The notes under the pieces: generated by a model
Seen by the model: the letters and a program-made list of their open reading frames with translations, nothing else
Databases searched by the model: none
Told to the model about the DNA's origin: nothing
Shown: piece after piece, positions 25,293 to 33,627 of the stretch
How the letters are laid out: each line of letters opens with the position of its first letter
Position numbering within the stretch: the first letter of the stretch is position 1
Origin: Eubacteriales bacterium
Lineage (GTDB): Bacteria; Bacillota; Clostridia; Peptostreptococcales; Anaerovoracaceae
Length of the DNA: 64,000 nucleotides
Direction of reading: 5' to 3'
NCBI GenBank assembly: GCA_028706405.1
Contig: JAQWBM010000004.1
Location: forward strand, 3,294 to 67,293
Translations under genes and position numbers: made by a program

Positions 25293-25465
25293 ACAAGATT
25301 CAGTTTAAAAGGTGACAAGAAACTAAGCACCCTCGGGTAGTAACCCCAAATGTTAAACATAATTAACCTTTGGAGGCCACTTCACCCAGGGTGCATTTTA
25401 ATGCTTGACAAATATAATAATATATGTAAAAATATGTAAAATAATGCAAATGAAGGTGATTTAAA

Positions 25466-25810
25466 ATGTCTTTAGGCAGCTTTGGAGAGAAATTGGCAGA
25501 ACGCTTCCTGATCAATAAGGGATATAAGATCCTTGAAAGGAATTTTCGCTGCAAGCAGGGAGAGATTGATATTATTGCATTGGACGGCATTGTTCTCGTG
25601 TTTATAGAGGTAAAAACAAGACGAAATCAGAAATTTGGACTACCCTGTGAAGCAATTACTTCCGAGAAATTGAGACACTTAAAAAAAGCAGTGGCCTACT
25701 ATACGATGATTTCCTCTGTGGAGCAATACGATATGCGGATCGATGCAATTGAAATATTAATAAAAGATGGTAAGCAGTATCTTCATCATCTTGAGAATGT
25801 GCAGGAGTAA
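25466..25810 (+). CDS. yraN: YraN/UPF0102 family putative nuclease
   Basis: GEIDII, LVFIEVKTR, RIDAIEI. Confidence 0.92.
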   Translation: MSLGSFGEKLAERFLINKGYKILERNFRCKQGEIDIIALDGIVLVFIEVKTRRNQKFGLPCEAITSEKLRHLKKAVAYYTMISSVEQYDMRIDAIEILIKDGKQYLHHLENVQE

Positions 25811-25816
25811 ACACAT

Positions 25817-26989
25817 ATGTATTCACAAATAGTAAGCGGATCGCTATACGGGTTGGCCTCGGAGCAGGTGATCGTAGAAACCGATCTGTCTCCGGGACTG
25901 CCTGCATTTAATGTTGTAGGGTTACCGGATACGACCGTCAAGGAATCAAAGGAAAGGATTCGTGCGGCAATCGTTAATTCGGGTTATAAATTTCCGGCAA
26001 AAAGAATCATAATCAATTTGTCACCGGCAGGCACAAAAAAGGAAGGAACTCATTTTGATCTTCCTATCGCATTGGGAGTTATGACGTCCGCCGGTTATAT
26101 TGAAAAGGAAAAAATAAATGATTTTGCGTTTCTTGGTGAGCTTTCTCTGGATGGAAGGGTCAACCGAATAAACGGCGCTTTGCCTTTAGTGATCGGCTTG
26201 AGAAATCAGGGAATTGAAAAAATAATACTGCCTATGGATAATGCGGAGGAAGCTTCGGCGATAGTTGATGTGAAACTATATCCTGTTGACCATCTAAATG
26301 AAATTACCGCATTTTTTGAAAATAGAATAAAGATACTTCCTTTTAAAAAGAATAACTTCGACCCGGTAAAGAAAAACCAGGAACGTTTGGACTTCAGCGA
26401 TGTTGCCGGACAGGAGAATATTAAAAGAGCTCTGCAAATCAGCGCGGCCGCATCTCACAATGTGCTGCTGATTGGACCGCCGGGCTCTGGTAAAACAATG
26501 ATGGCTAAGCGAATGCCAGGTATTCTGCCTGACTTAACATATGAGGAAAAGCTTGAGGTCACTAAAATTTACAGCATTGCCGGAGAACTCTCTGCCGACT
26601 GCCCCATTATCGCAGAAAGACCATTTCGTTCCCCTCATCATACTATATCCGGAGCAGCTTTGGTGGGAGGAGGCTCAAGCCCAAAGCCGGGGGAAGTGTC
26701 ATTGGCGCATTTTGGAGTTCTTTTTTTGGATGAACTTCCCGAATTCAACCGAAACATTCTTCAGATGCTGAGACAACCTATGGAGGATGAAAGGGTTGTT
26801 ATAAGCAGAATGAAAGGAACGGTTTCATACCCGTCAAAATTCATGCTTTTGGCTTCTATGAACCCTTGTCCTTGTGGTTATTACGGTGATCCCACACATG
26901 AATGCACTTGTTCGCTGATTCAGATAAGGCATTACTTATCAAAGATTTCAGGACCTCTTATGGATAGTAGCGGACGCGTAATAATTTAG
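25817..26989 (+). pseudogene. comM: ComM/YifB Mg-chelatase-like AAA+ ATPase, 3'-truncated by element insertion
   Basis: Lon-like N-terminus, [20 protein letters not shown]; ends [15 protein letters not shown] where the family continues ...GPL(L/M)DR(I)D... for about 100 more residues. Confidence 0.88.
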
Positions 26990-27128
26990 ATGACATTGAT
27001 AAAGAGCAAATAGAGAAAAGTTCTGAAATTTAAACGGTTCAAGGGTTTTCTATGTTTGCTTTAATTCGGTTGAGGTTTTGAGCCGTTTTCTTTTGATTTG
27101 GAATATTTTATGATATACTAATAAAATA

Positions 27129-27716
27129 ATGATAATAGGAGATATGATCGTGAAACTGAAGGATACAGCCTATTTAATAGATATAAATATTGATGATACC
27201 TATAGCTTAGAATCAACCGACAATAGACATTATGATTTTATTTTTAATCCTGAGTCTCTGACTCGAAATGATTTCACGAAGGTTTTTGCTATTAAGGCTT
27301 CAGACGGATTTGATGAACCTAAAAATATTGCATTAATTGGTTCATTGTATTCATGTGCTAAGGACTGTGCAGTTTTAGAAGATAGCCAGTTGATCGTATT
27401 AATGAATTCAGCAGTAACTGTGATTGACCTTGATACGTTCAAATTAATTGAGCATAAAGAATTTAGCGACTTTGGATGCTTCTTCTCTATATACCCTTTC
27501 GATATGGGGTATCTCGTTTATGGAGAACTTGAAATTGTTAAGTTAAATAAAAACTTAGAAATTGAATGGGATTTTAGCGGCGCGGATATTTTTGTTTCGC
27601 CTGATGAGTTAATTAATCCGTTTAGTATAAATGGAGACACTATTGAATTATATGATTGGAATGGAAGCTTTTATCTTTTAGATAAATCCGGGAATCAAAT
27701 CAATAGAACGAGATAA
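27129..27716 (+). CDS. Hypothetical cargo protein
   Basis: 195-aa ORF; beta-rich pattern; no family recognised. Confidence 0.7.
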   Translation: MIIGDMIVKLKDTAYLIDINIDDTYSLESTDNRHYDFIFNPESLTRNDFTKVFAIKASDGFDEPKNIALIGSLYSCAKDCAVLEDSQLIVLMNSAVTVIDLDTFKLIEHKEFSDFGCFFSIYPFDMGYLVYGELEIVKLNKNLEIEWDFSGADIFVSPDELINPFSINGDTIELYDWNGSFYLLDKSGNQINRTR

Positions 27717-27720
27717 CAGA

Positions 27721-27945
27721 ATGAATATTATTGAAAACGAAAATGATAAAGTGACAATTGATGGCATTCGGATAGAAGGATTCATATCTGATGATAGATG
27801 TAAGGTTTGCAATCAAAACCTAATTCTATATAAAAAATATGATGCCTTATTTTGCCCTGAATGCAATCAATGGGCAGAATCTAAATGCAGTGATCCTGAT
27901 TGCGTATATTGCAGAAATAGACCAGATAAACCATTGGAAAGGTAA
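27721..27945 (+). CDS. Small Cys-rich (Zn-binding) hypothetical protein
   Basis: CKVC, CPEC, CSDPDCVYC. Confidence 0.7.
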   Translation: MNIIENENDKVTIDGIRIEGFISDDRCKVCNQNLILYKKYDALFCPECNQWAESKCSDPDCVYCRNRPDKPLER

Positions 27946-28051
27946 AAACGTTTATGGTAGCGATAAGACGCTTTAAATCGCGAAACGGAGGACAGTAAGG
28001 CTATCGTAGCGGTTATATTCTACTCAAACTTTCCCAAGGAGGAGCCTTCTC

Positions 28052-28480
28052 ATGATATACACAGACCCGACAAAACGAGCAATGCAAATCGCATATAAAG
28101 CGCATCATGGACAGACCGACAAGAGTGATGTACCGTACATATTCCATCCTATACATCTGGCAGAGCAGATGCAAACTGAAGCAGAAACAATTACTGCGCT
28201 TCTTCACGATGTTGTTGAAGATACGGATGTGACACTGGATGACCTTGTCAAAGAAGATTTTTCTTCCGAGGTTATAGCTGCGCTGCAATTGTTGACTCAC
28301 GATGATGCCGTTCCATATTTGGATTATGTACGGGAGATAAAGAAAAATCCTATTGCTCGTGCAGTAAAGCTGGCAGACCTGAAGCACAACAGTGACTCAG
28401 GTCGTCTCAGTACGTTGGATGAAAAAGCACTGGCTCGGTTGGAGAAATATAAAATGGCGATTGCTATTCTGAACACTTAA
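28052..28480 (+). CDS. Stand-alone RelA/SpoT-type HD hydrolase (small alarmone hydrolase-like)
   Basis: AHHGQ..PYIFHP, ALLHDVVEDT, VKLADLKHN; no synthetase domain; GGAGG RBS. Confidence 0.82.
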   Translation: MIYTDPTKRAMQIAYKAHHGQTDKSDVPYIFHPIHLAEQMQTEAETITALLHDVVEDTDVTLDDLVKEDFSSEVIAALQLLTHDDAVPYLDYVREIKKNPIARAVKLADLKHNSDSGRLSTLDEKALARLEKYKMAIAILNT

Positions 28481-28593
28481 TCTTCACTAATAGGTAAGTA
28501 TTGTCCAGATATGTTACACTAGTACTGATTGCAAATTACTTAAACCGAGAATTTCAGCCAATTAAATTAAGCGATGAAAGTGAGGAAGTCATT

Positions 28594-29082
28594 ATGTTTA
28601 GAGAAATGAGAAGAGGAAAACAATTATTGTCAATGGAAGATACTATAGCTGTAATGGACAGATGCACAAATGGTTCACTAGCATGTCTGGGTGATGATGA
28701 TTATCCATATTCAGTTCCACTTAGCTATGTTTATTACAATGGCAAGATTTATTTTCATTCAGCTAAAGCCGGACATAAAATTGATGCGATTACTAAGAAT
28801 CCAAAGGTGTCTTTTTCAGTAATAGATGAAGATACGATAGTCAGTGAAGAATATACAACTTATTTCCGCAGCGCTGTAGCTTTTGGAAAAGTAAGAATTG
28901 TAGAAGGTGATGAATGGCTAGAAGCTTTCAAGGCTTTAGTTGAAAAGTATTCAGGAGATCAGCCTGAAGAAGCCAAGCATAAGGAGATAACCGGATGTAC
29001 GCAGGCATACATTATTGCAATTGATGTCGAACACATAACCGGCAAGGAAGCCATTGAATACGTCAACGCTAAAAAGAAGTAG
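28594..29082 (+). CDS. Nim-family nitroimidazole reductase-like protein (pyridoxamine 5'-phosphate oxidase fold)
   Basis: MFREMRR N-terminus, YPYSVPLSY, IYFHSA..GHK, TTYFRS, IEHITGKEAIE-type ending; start moved to 28594. Confidence 0.8.
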   Translation: MFREMRRGKQLLSMEDTIAVMDRCTNGSLACLGDDDYPYSVPLSYVYYNGKIYFHSAKAGHKIDAITKNPKVSFSVIDEDTIVSEEYTTYFRSAVAFGKVRIVEGDEWLEAFKALVEKYSGDQPEEAKHKEITGCTQAYIIAIDVEHITGKEAIEYVNAKKK

Positions 29083-29179
29083 CCGTTTTCCATATTAGTT
29101 AAAATATGCTGCTAGATTCCAATTGCGCATTATATTTTTATAGATGTTTAATCAATTGACGTTTGAAAGGCGGTTATTC

Positions 29180-29494
29180 ATGGATACGTTAGATTTTGAT
29201 TATTTTTTCAAACAATTGAAAGCCGGGGTATCCATTGACGAAACTTGTTTTTATTTTATTGATGATCCAATGGAGGAAGAGCATTACCTCGGATATCTTC
29301 CAGAATATGAAACCCCTTATTGGGTCGGCTATTGTGATATTCCAGATGGGACTGATTTTTTGACTGCCGAAGAGTTAGTCGATGCAAAAATATTTGATGG
29401 AAAATCACTTAAAGAACGATGGGAGAATGTTCGTATTGTTAGTATCTGGGGTATTGGATTAGATGGTTGGCTCGATTGCTGTCATCATGTGTAA
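29180..29494 (+). CDS. Hypothetical cargo protein
   Basis: Acidic, aromatic-rich ORF; probable ATG 29180 behind AAAGG. Confidence 0.65.
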   Translation: MDTLDFDYFFKQLKAGVSIDETCFYFIDDPMEEEHYLGYLPEYETPYWVGYCDIPDGTDFLTAEELVDAKIFDGKSLKERWENVRIVSIWGIGLDGWLDCCHHV

Positions 29495-29548
29495 TGGAAA
29501 TTGAAGAGTATATTCAAAAGTATATTGGAAAGAAGAGGTGTGTATTAA

Positions 29549-30685
29549 ATGAAAAAGAAATTATCGGTCATCTTATCAATCCTGATTGTAGCAATGTCAT
29601 TTGTGCCAACATATGCGACTAATATTAGTATCAATAACCAGAAGGTTCAGTTCACTGAGTCATCTGGAACGCCATTTATTGATTCTGCCAATCGTACACA
29701 AGTGCCATTTAGACAGACGCTGGAAGCCTTTGGAGCAACGGTAAGCTGGGATAAAGTCAATAATATGGCAGTAGCGGTTAAGGATGGAGTAACCGTTCAG
29801 GTGCCGATAGGAGCCTCATACATAATTAAGGATGGTCAGCAGATAACAAATGATACAGCTGCCCTTATTAAAAACGGTCGAACATATTTGCCAATTAGAG
29901 CTGTTCTTGAAGCATTCGGAGCTGATGTAAGCTGGGATAGTGGCACTCAAACAGTAGTTGCTGTTAGTAGCCAAAGTGAAAAAGAATATAAAAAGATTGT
30001 TGTAGATGGCGGGAATATGAGTGGAAATCGTGAGGCAAATGTTGTTGTGGATATTGGCTTCGGCGATAGAGAATATTGGGCATATACGAACGACTATGGA
30101 CAGTTGTTTCGGGTTACTGCTAATAAAATAACTCTTCAGGATGATGCTACAGAACCCGTTACATCAGACGGACGTTATTATAATGATGAAGCCGCTGTAC
30201 CAGGAACAGAACTATCTAACTATGATCAAGGTCATGTTATCGCAGACTCGTTGGGCGGAGTATCCAATGCTTACAATATTACACCACAGGATAGCACGAT
30301 GAACCGCCACGGCGATCAGGCATATATGGAAAAGAATATTAGAGATGCCGGTGGCTGTACAAATTTTGAAGCAATCATAACCTATCCTAATACAACAACC
30401 CAAATCCCGAGTCATTACCATTATACGTATACGTTAAATGGCAACGTGATCACAGAGGATTTCGATAATGTGAATCCAGATGAAGTTAATAAAACATTAT
30501 CGGAACCGACTCAAAGTCCAGTTTCAAATGAAAGCCATGACATTTCTTCTATTGATACAAATGGCAATGGTCAGGTATCAATAGCGGAAGCTAAAGCTGC
30601 TGGATTCAAAATGCCGATTACAAAAGACCATTGGTTGTATAAGTACATGGATGATCGTGACGGTGATGGGATGGTTGGCGAATAA
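29549..30685 (+). CDS. Secreted DNA/RNA non-specific endonuclease with copper-amine-oxidase-N (cell-surface) domain and EF-hand-like tail
   Basis: Signal peptide; RTQVPFR / RTYLPIRAVLEAFGA repeats; His-Me finger DQGHVIADSLGG...NITPQ...MN; DTNGNGQVS and DRDGDG loops. Confidence 0.8.
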   Translation: MKKKLSVILSILIVAMSFVPTYATNISINNQKVQFTESSGTPFIDSANRTQVPFRQTLEAFGATVSWDKVNNMAVAVKDGVTVQVPIGASYIIKDGQQITNDTAALIKNGRTYLPIRAVLEAFGADVSWDSGTQTVVAVSSQSEKEYKKIVVDGGNMSGNREANVVVDIGFGDREYWAYTNDYGQLFRVTANKITLQDDATEPVTSDGRYYNDEAAVPGTELSNYDQGHVIADSLGGVSNAYNITPQDSTMNRHGDQAYMEKNIRDAGGCTNFEAIITYPNTTTQIPSHYHYTYTLNGNVITEDFDNVNPDEVNKTLSEPTQSPVSNESHDISSIDTNGNGQVSIAEAKAAGFKMPITKDHWLYKYMDDRDGDGMVGE

Positions 30686-30766
30686 GGATTGAAACCATTG
30701 ACAACCCCAACTATACTGGTAATATAAGGATATACGACAAATTTCATCAAGGAAAGGGGTAATTCT

Positions 30767-30952
30767 ATGGAATCATCGAAGCGCACTAAAAAAGCTAAAA
30801 ATACTGAAGACATTGAGGACAAGCAATCGCCAATCCGAGAAGTCATCGAATTCACTAATCCTGTTGAAATATCTGGAGACGGAGAATATCTCTATATAAC
30901 TGAAATCGATACTGACTCCAAATCCAATGTTATGAAAGGATTATTGCAATGA
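30767..30952 (+). CDS. Small hypothetical protein
   Basis: 61 aa; AAAGGGG RBS; stop overlaps the next start (ATGA). Confidence 0.5.
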   Translation: MESSKRTKKAKNTEDIEDKQSPIREVIEFTNPVEISGDGEYLYITEIDTDSKSNVMKGLLQ

Positions 30953-31191
30953 AGGCCACTGGAATCGTAAGAAAAGTTGATGAATTAGGACGTATTGTTC
31001 TGCCAAAAGAACTCCGAACCGTACTGGATATAGAAATTAAAGACCCTGTTGAAATCTTCACAGAGGACGAATACATTGTGCTAAAGAAGTACAACCCTTC
31101 TTGCTGCCTTTGTGGGAGCATGGAAAATCTGAGGTATTTTAAAGACAAGAAGATTTGCCAGAAGTGTATTGACTCATTTAAGGAACAATAA
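30949..31191 (+). CDS. AbrB/MazE/SpoVT-family DNA-binding protein
   Basis: MKATGIVRKVDELGRIVLPKELR plus C-terminal CxxC pairs. Confidence 0.92.
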   Translation: MKATGIVRKVDELGRIVLPKELRTVLDIEIKDPVEIFTEDEYIVLKKYNPSCCLCGSMENLRYFKDKKICQKCIDSFKEQ

Positions 31192-31192
31192 T

Positions 31193-31243
31193 AAACATAT
31201 GTTTTGAACACGTGTTTACAAAAGGCTTCTTTTCGTGTATAAT
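31193..31243 (+). promoter_or_regulatory. Sigma-A promoter overlapped by two LexA (Cheo)-like boxes
   Basis: AAACATATGTTT (31193-31204) and GAACACGTGTTT (31206-31217); TTTACA(31215)-N17-TATAAT(31238). Confidence 0.72.
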
Positions 31244-31278
31244 TATCCCATAGTTAGTTTTTTATGGAGGTGATTGTT

Positions 31279-32703
31279 TTGAACGATAATACATTGGCCT
31301 TGACACAAGAAGAACTAGTTTTGTTAAAAAATAGCGAAGAGGGTAAAGACATTGAAACCTACGGCAATCTATATGAAATTGCCACAAAATATAAATCGAT
31401 TAAACATAGCGATATAGAAAAAATAGGTTTGGACGAAACTGCAAAATTAGTATTGAAATCAGGTAAAGCTAATCTTTTTACGAATATTATGATGGAATGG
31501 TACGCTCGGAAAGACGAAGACATAGCTAACTCAGATGAGACCGTAAAATGCGGATTGTGCGGAAGAGAAAATACATATATTTTCTATATTCGTAATAGGT
31601 ATAATGAAGCAGAGCTACACGTTGGCTCGAGCTGCATTCGTAAATTTTCTGGTATTGAAAATTCAAATGAAATCTTAAAAATGTTTAACGGTAATAAGAA
31701 AATCAGGGAAGAACAACGCCGGATTAACGCTTTCCTTAAAAAGATTCCCAATGCCGATAATCTTATCAGTAAGTCAAGGAGAGAATTTCATGAGTTACCT
31801 GTACTGTTGCCTTGGGACTTGTATAATTCACTAGATGAAGAAATACTGAATTTGAACAAGATATATAACGATTTCAAATCCAGTGGAAATATTAATAACC
31901 TTGAAAATGTCATTTCTCAGTTTAAGGAATCAGAAGAAGTATATAAAGTCCTAAAGCAGCAAGCAAATAAATTTGTAATGAAACGGGAGAGTACTGAAAA
32001 TCAAACCATAATTTGCAAAAGAAGAGAATGCCGCTGGCTCCTTGATACTGGAAATAAGAAGCTTTTTAGGAGGATTGCAGAAGATCAAGGGCTTTATACT
32101 CCCGACACCATTAAAGAAATAAGCAGCCATGATTTTATATCAGAATTAAAACCCGTAATTCAGAAATGCTGCGAAGATACCGCTTTCAAAATTAAGGAAG
32201 TAAGATATGAGGATAAGAAACTTGTATTCTTGATAGATGACCGAATCCATAGAGATGTTTTGGAAGCCACGGTGCCGGAAGAACAGTTTATGAGAAGCAT
32301 AGGCTGGAAATGTGTTTTCCAAGAAAATTATAAAATTATGATTAATCCTGAAGTCTTTACTATAACAAGCTCAAAGCGGAACATAAATGTTATTCTAAGC
32401 CGGGTAAATAGAGCTATTTCTAAAACAGAATACTTGATCGAATTTGTTTATGATGACGATCATGAGAGATTATATTTTGAAAAAAGAATTAATGGAACGT
32501 ATATGGTATTAGGAACGGAATTTTTCTTAAAACAATATTTACGCAATATTGATTTGAGCGAGAAAAAATTGCGTGAAGTTTATATAAATTATTTTCATGA
32601 ACTGGATAAGGATAAGGGTTGGCTATTGATCAAAGATAGAATGGAAAGATATGAATTTGAAAAAATGATGGCAAAAGAAAAACTGGGGAGAAAAAGAGCA
32701 TAG
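31279..32703 (+). CDS. Uncharacterised ~474-aa protein with an N-terminal Cys Zn-finger-like motif
   Basis: CGLCG-x(~20)-VGSSCI; probable TTG start 31279 behind GGAGGTG. Confidence 0.75.
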   Translation: MNDNTLALTQEELVLLKNSEEGKDIETYGNLYEIATKYKSIKHSDIEKIGLDETAKLVLKSGKANLFTNIMMEWYARKDEDIANSDETVKCGLCGRENTYIFYIRNRYNEAELHVGSSCIRKFSGIENSNEILKMFNGNKKIREEQRRINAFLKKIPNADNLISKSRREFHELPVLLPWDLYNSLDEEILNLNKIYNDFKSSGNINNLENVISQFKESEEVYKVLKQQANKFVMKRESTENQTIICKRRECRWLLDTGNKKLFRRIAEDQGLYTPDTIKEISSHDFISELKPVIQKCCEDTAFKIKEVRYEDKKLVFLIDDRIHRDVLEATVPEEQFMRSIGWKCVFQENYKIMINPEVFTITSSKRNINVILSRVNRAISKTEYLIEFVYDDDHERLYFEKRINGTYMVLGTEFFLKQYLRNIDLSEKKLREVYINYFHELDKDKGWLLIKDRMERYEFEKMMAKEKLGRKRA

Positions 32704-32750
32704 CCGATTCATATTGCCGCATACCCCTTATCGGTATAATATATTGTTAT

Positions 32751-32810
32751 AAGCTGAATTATGCTATGTTGAGTTGAGCTAGGCTGAGCCGGGATGAGAT
32801 ATGTTAGGCG
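32751..32810. repeat. Twelve tandem degenerate pentamers (consensus about RNGYT)
   Basis: AAGCT GAATT ATGCT ATGTT GAGTT GAGCT AGGCT GAGCC GGGAT GAGAT ATGTT AGGCG. Confidence 0.7.
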
Positions 32811-32844
32811 AGAATATTGCTGATGTATCAAAAGGAGGCCAATT

Positions 32845-33051
32845 ATGCCTATAAACAGTATTAATTCATCTTATACAGCTAGGGAGCAAAAATTCCGAAG
32901 GCTGGCAAAGAAGCGTGACTTGCGTCTGGTTAAATCAAGAAAAAAATATCCATATGATGGATATATGATTGTTGATGTGTATTTCAATCGAATTGATTAT
33001 GGAGGATTACTGTCGCTTGATGATGTGGAAGAATATTTTCTGCAAAGCTAG
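32845..33051 (+). CDS. Small basic hypothetical protein
   Basis: 68 aa; AGGAGG RBS; followed by a terminator. Confidence 0.65.
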   Translation: MPINSINSSYTAREQKFRRLAKKRDLRLVKSRKKYPYDGYMIVDVYFNRIDYGGLLSLDDVEEYFLQS

Positions 33052-33061
33052 ACAACAGCCC

Positions 33062-33109
33062 AAGACTAGTGCCGATGAGTCATTATCGGGCTAGTCTTCT
33101 TCTTTTTTT
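33062..33109. terminator. Terminator between convergent genes
   Basis: AAGACTAG...CTAGTCTT hairpin and T run. Confidence 0.7.
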
Positions 33110-33166
33110 GATTCCAACTTCACGAATTTTATATTGAATATTGTAGAAGGTAAAATGTATAAAAGA

Positions 33167-33505
33167 CTATTCTTTGTAATCACAGATCTCTTTAATAATC
33201 TTTGCTGCGAGAGCAGTTTTCGCCGGAGAGCAATTGCTCAATAAGTCAGTTATTTCATTTCTCATATAATTCTCTGACGATGAGACAGAGCCGTTCAAAA
33301 TAAAGGACATAGAAACACCCAAGCAATCACATATTGCTGAAAAAGTACTCAGATTGAGAGATGTCTTGCCTCTTTCAATTTTGCTTACATATGCATTTGA
33401 GACATCAAGATATTCTGAGAGTTTTTCCTGTGTAATTCCTTTATCTTCTCTTGCTTTTCTAAGTCGTTTTCCAATTAAAATATAATCTACCGCCAATAAA
33501 ATCAC
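33167..33505 (-). CDS. XRE-family helix-turn-helix regulator without a peptidase domain
   Basis: RLRKAREDKGITQEKLSEYLDVSNAYVSKIERG. Confidence 0.9.
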   Translation of the reverse strand: MILLAVDYILIGKRLRKAREDKGITQEKLSEYLDVSNAYVSKIERGKTSLNLSTFSAICDCLGVSMSFILNGSVSSSENYMRNEITDLLSNCSPAKTALAAKIIKEICDYKE

Positions 33506-33562
33506 CCATTAAAAATTATATAAATTTCTAAGAATTATTAACAGGTATGACAAGTCAACTTG

Positions 33563-33614
33563 AACTAATAGGTTAAAAATGGTAAACTAGTAAGGAAATA
33601 AAAACCTATAGGTT
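33563..33614. promoter_or_regulatory. Candidate paired XRE operators in the divergent promoter region
   Basis: AACTAATAGGTT (33563-33574) and perfect palindrome AACCTATAGGTT (33603-33614), 10/12 identical. Confidence 0.55.
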
Positions 33615-33627
33615 GAGGTGAGATTCG

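Noticed and set aside
27000-29548. Integron-like cassette array
   Set aside because: Intergenic regions share no repeated attC-like element.
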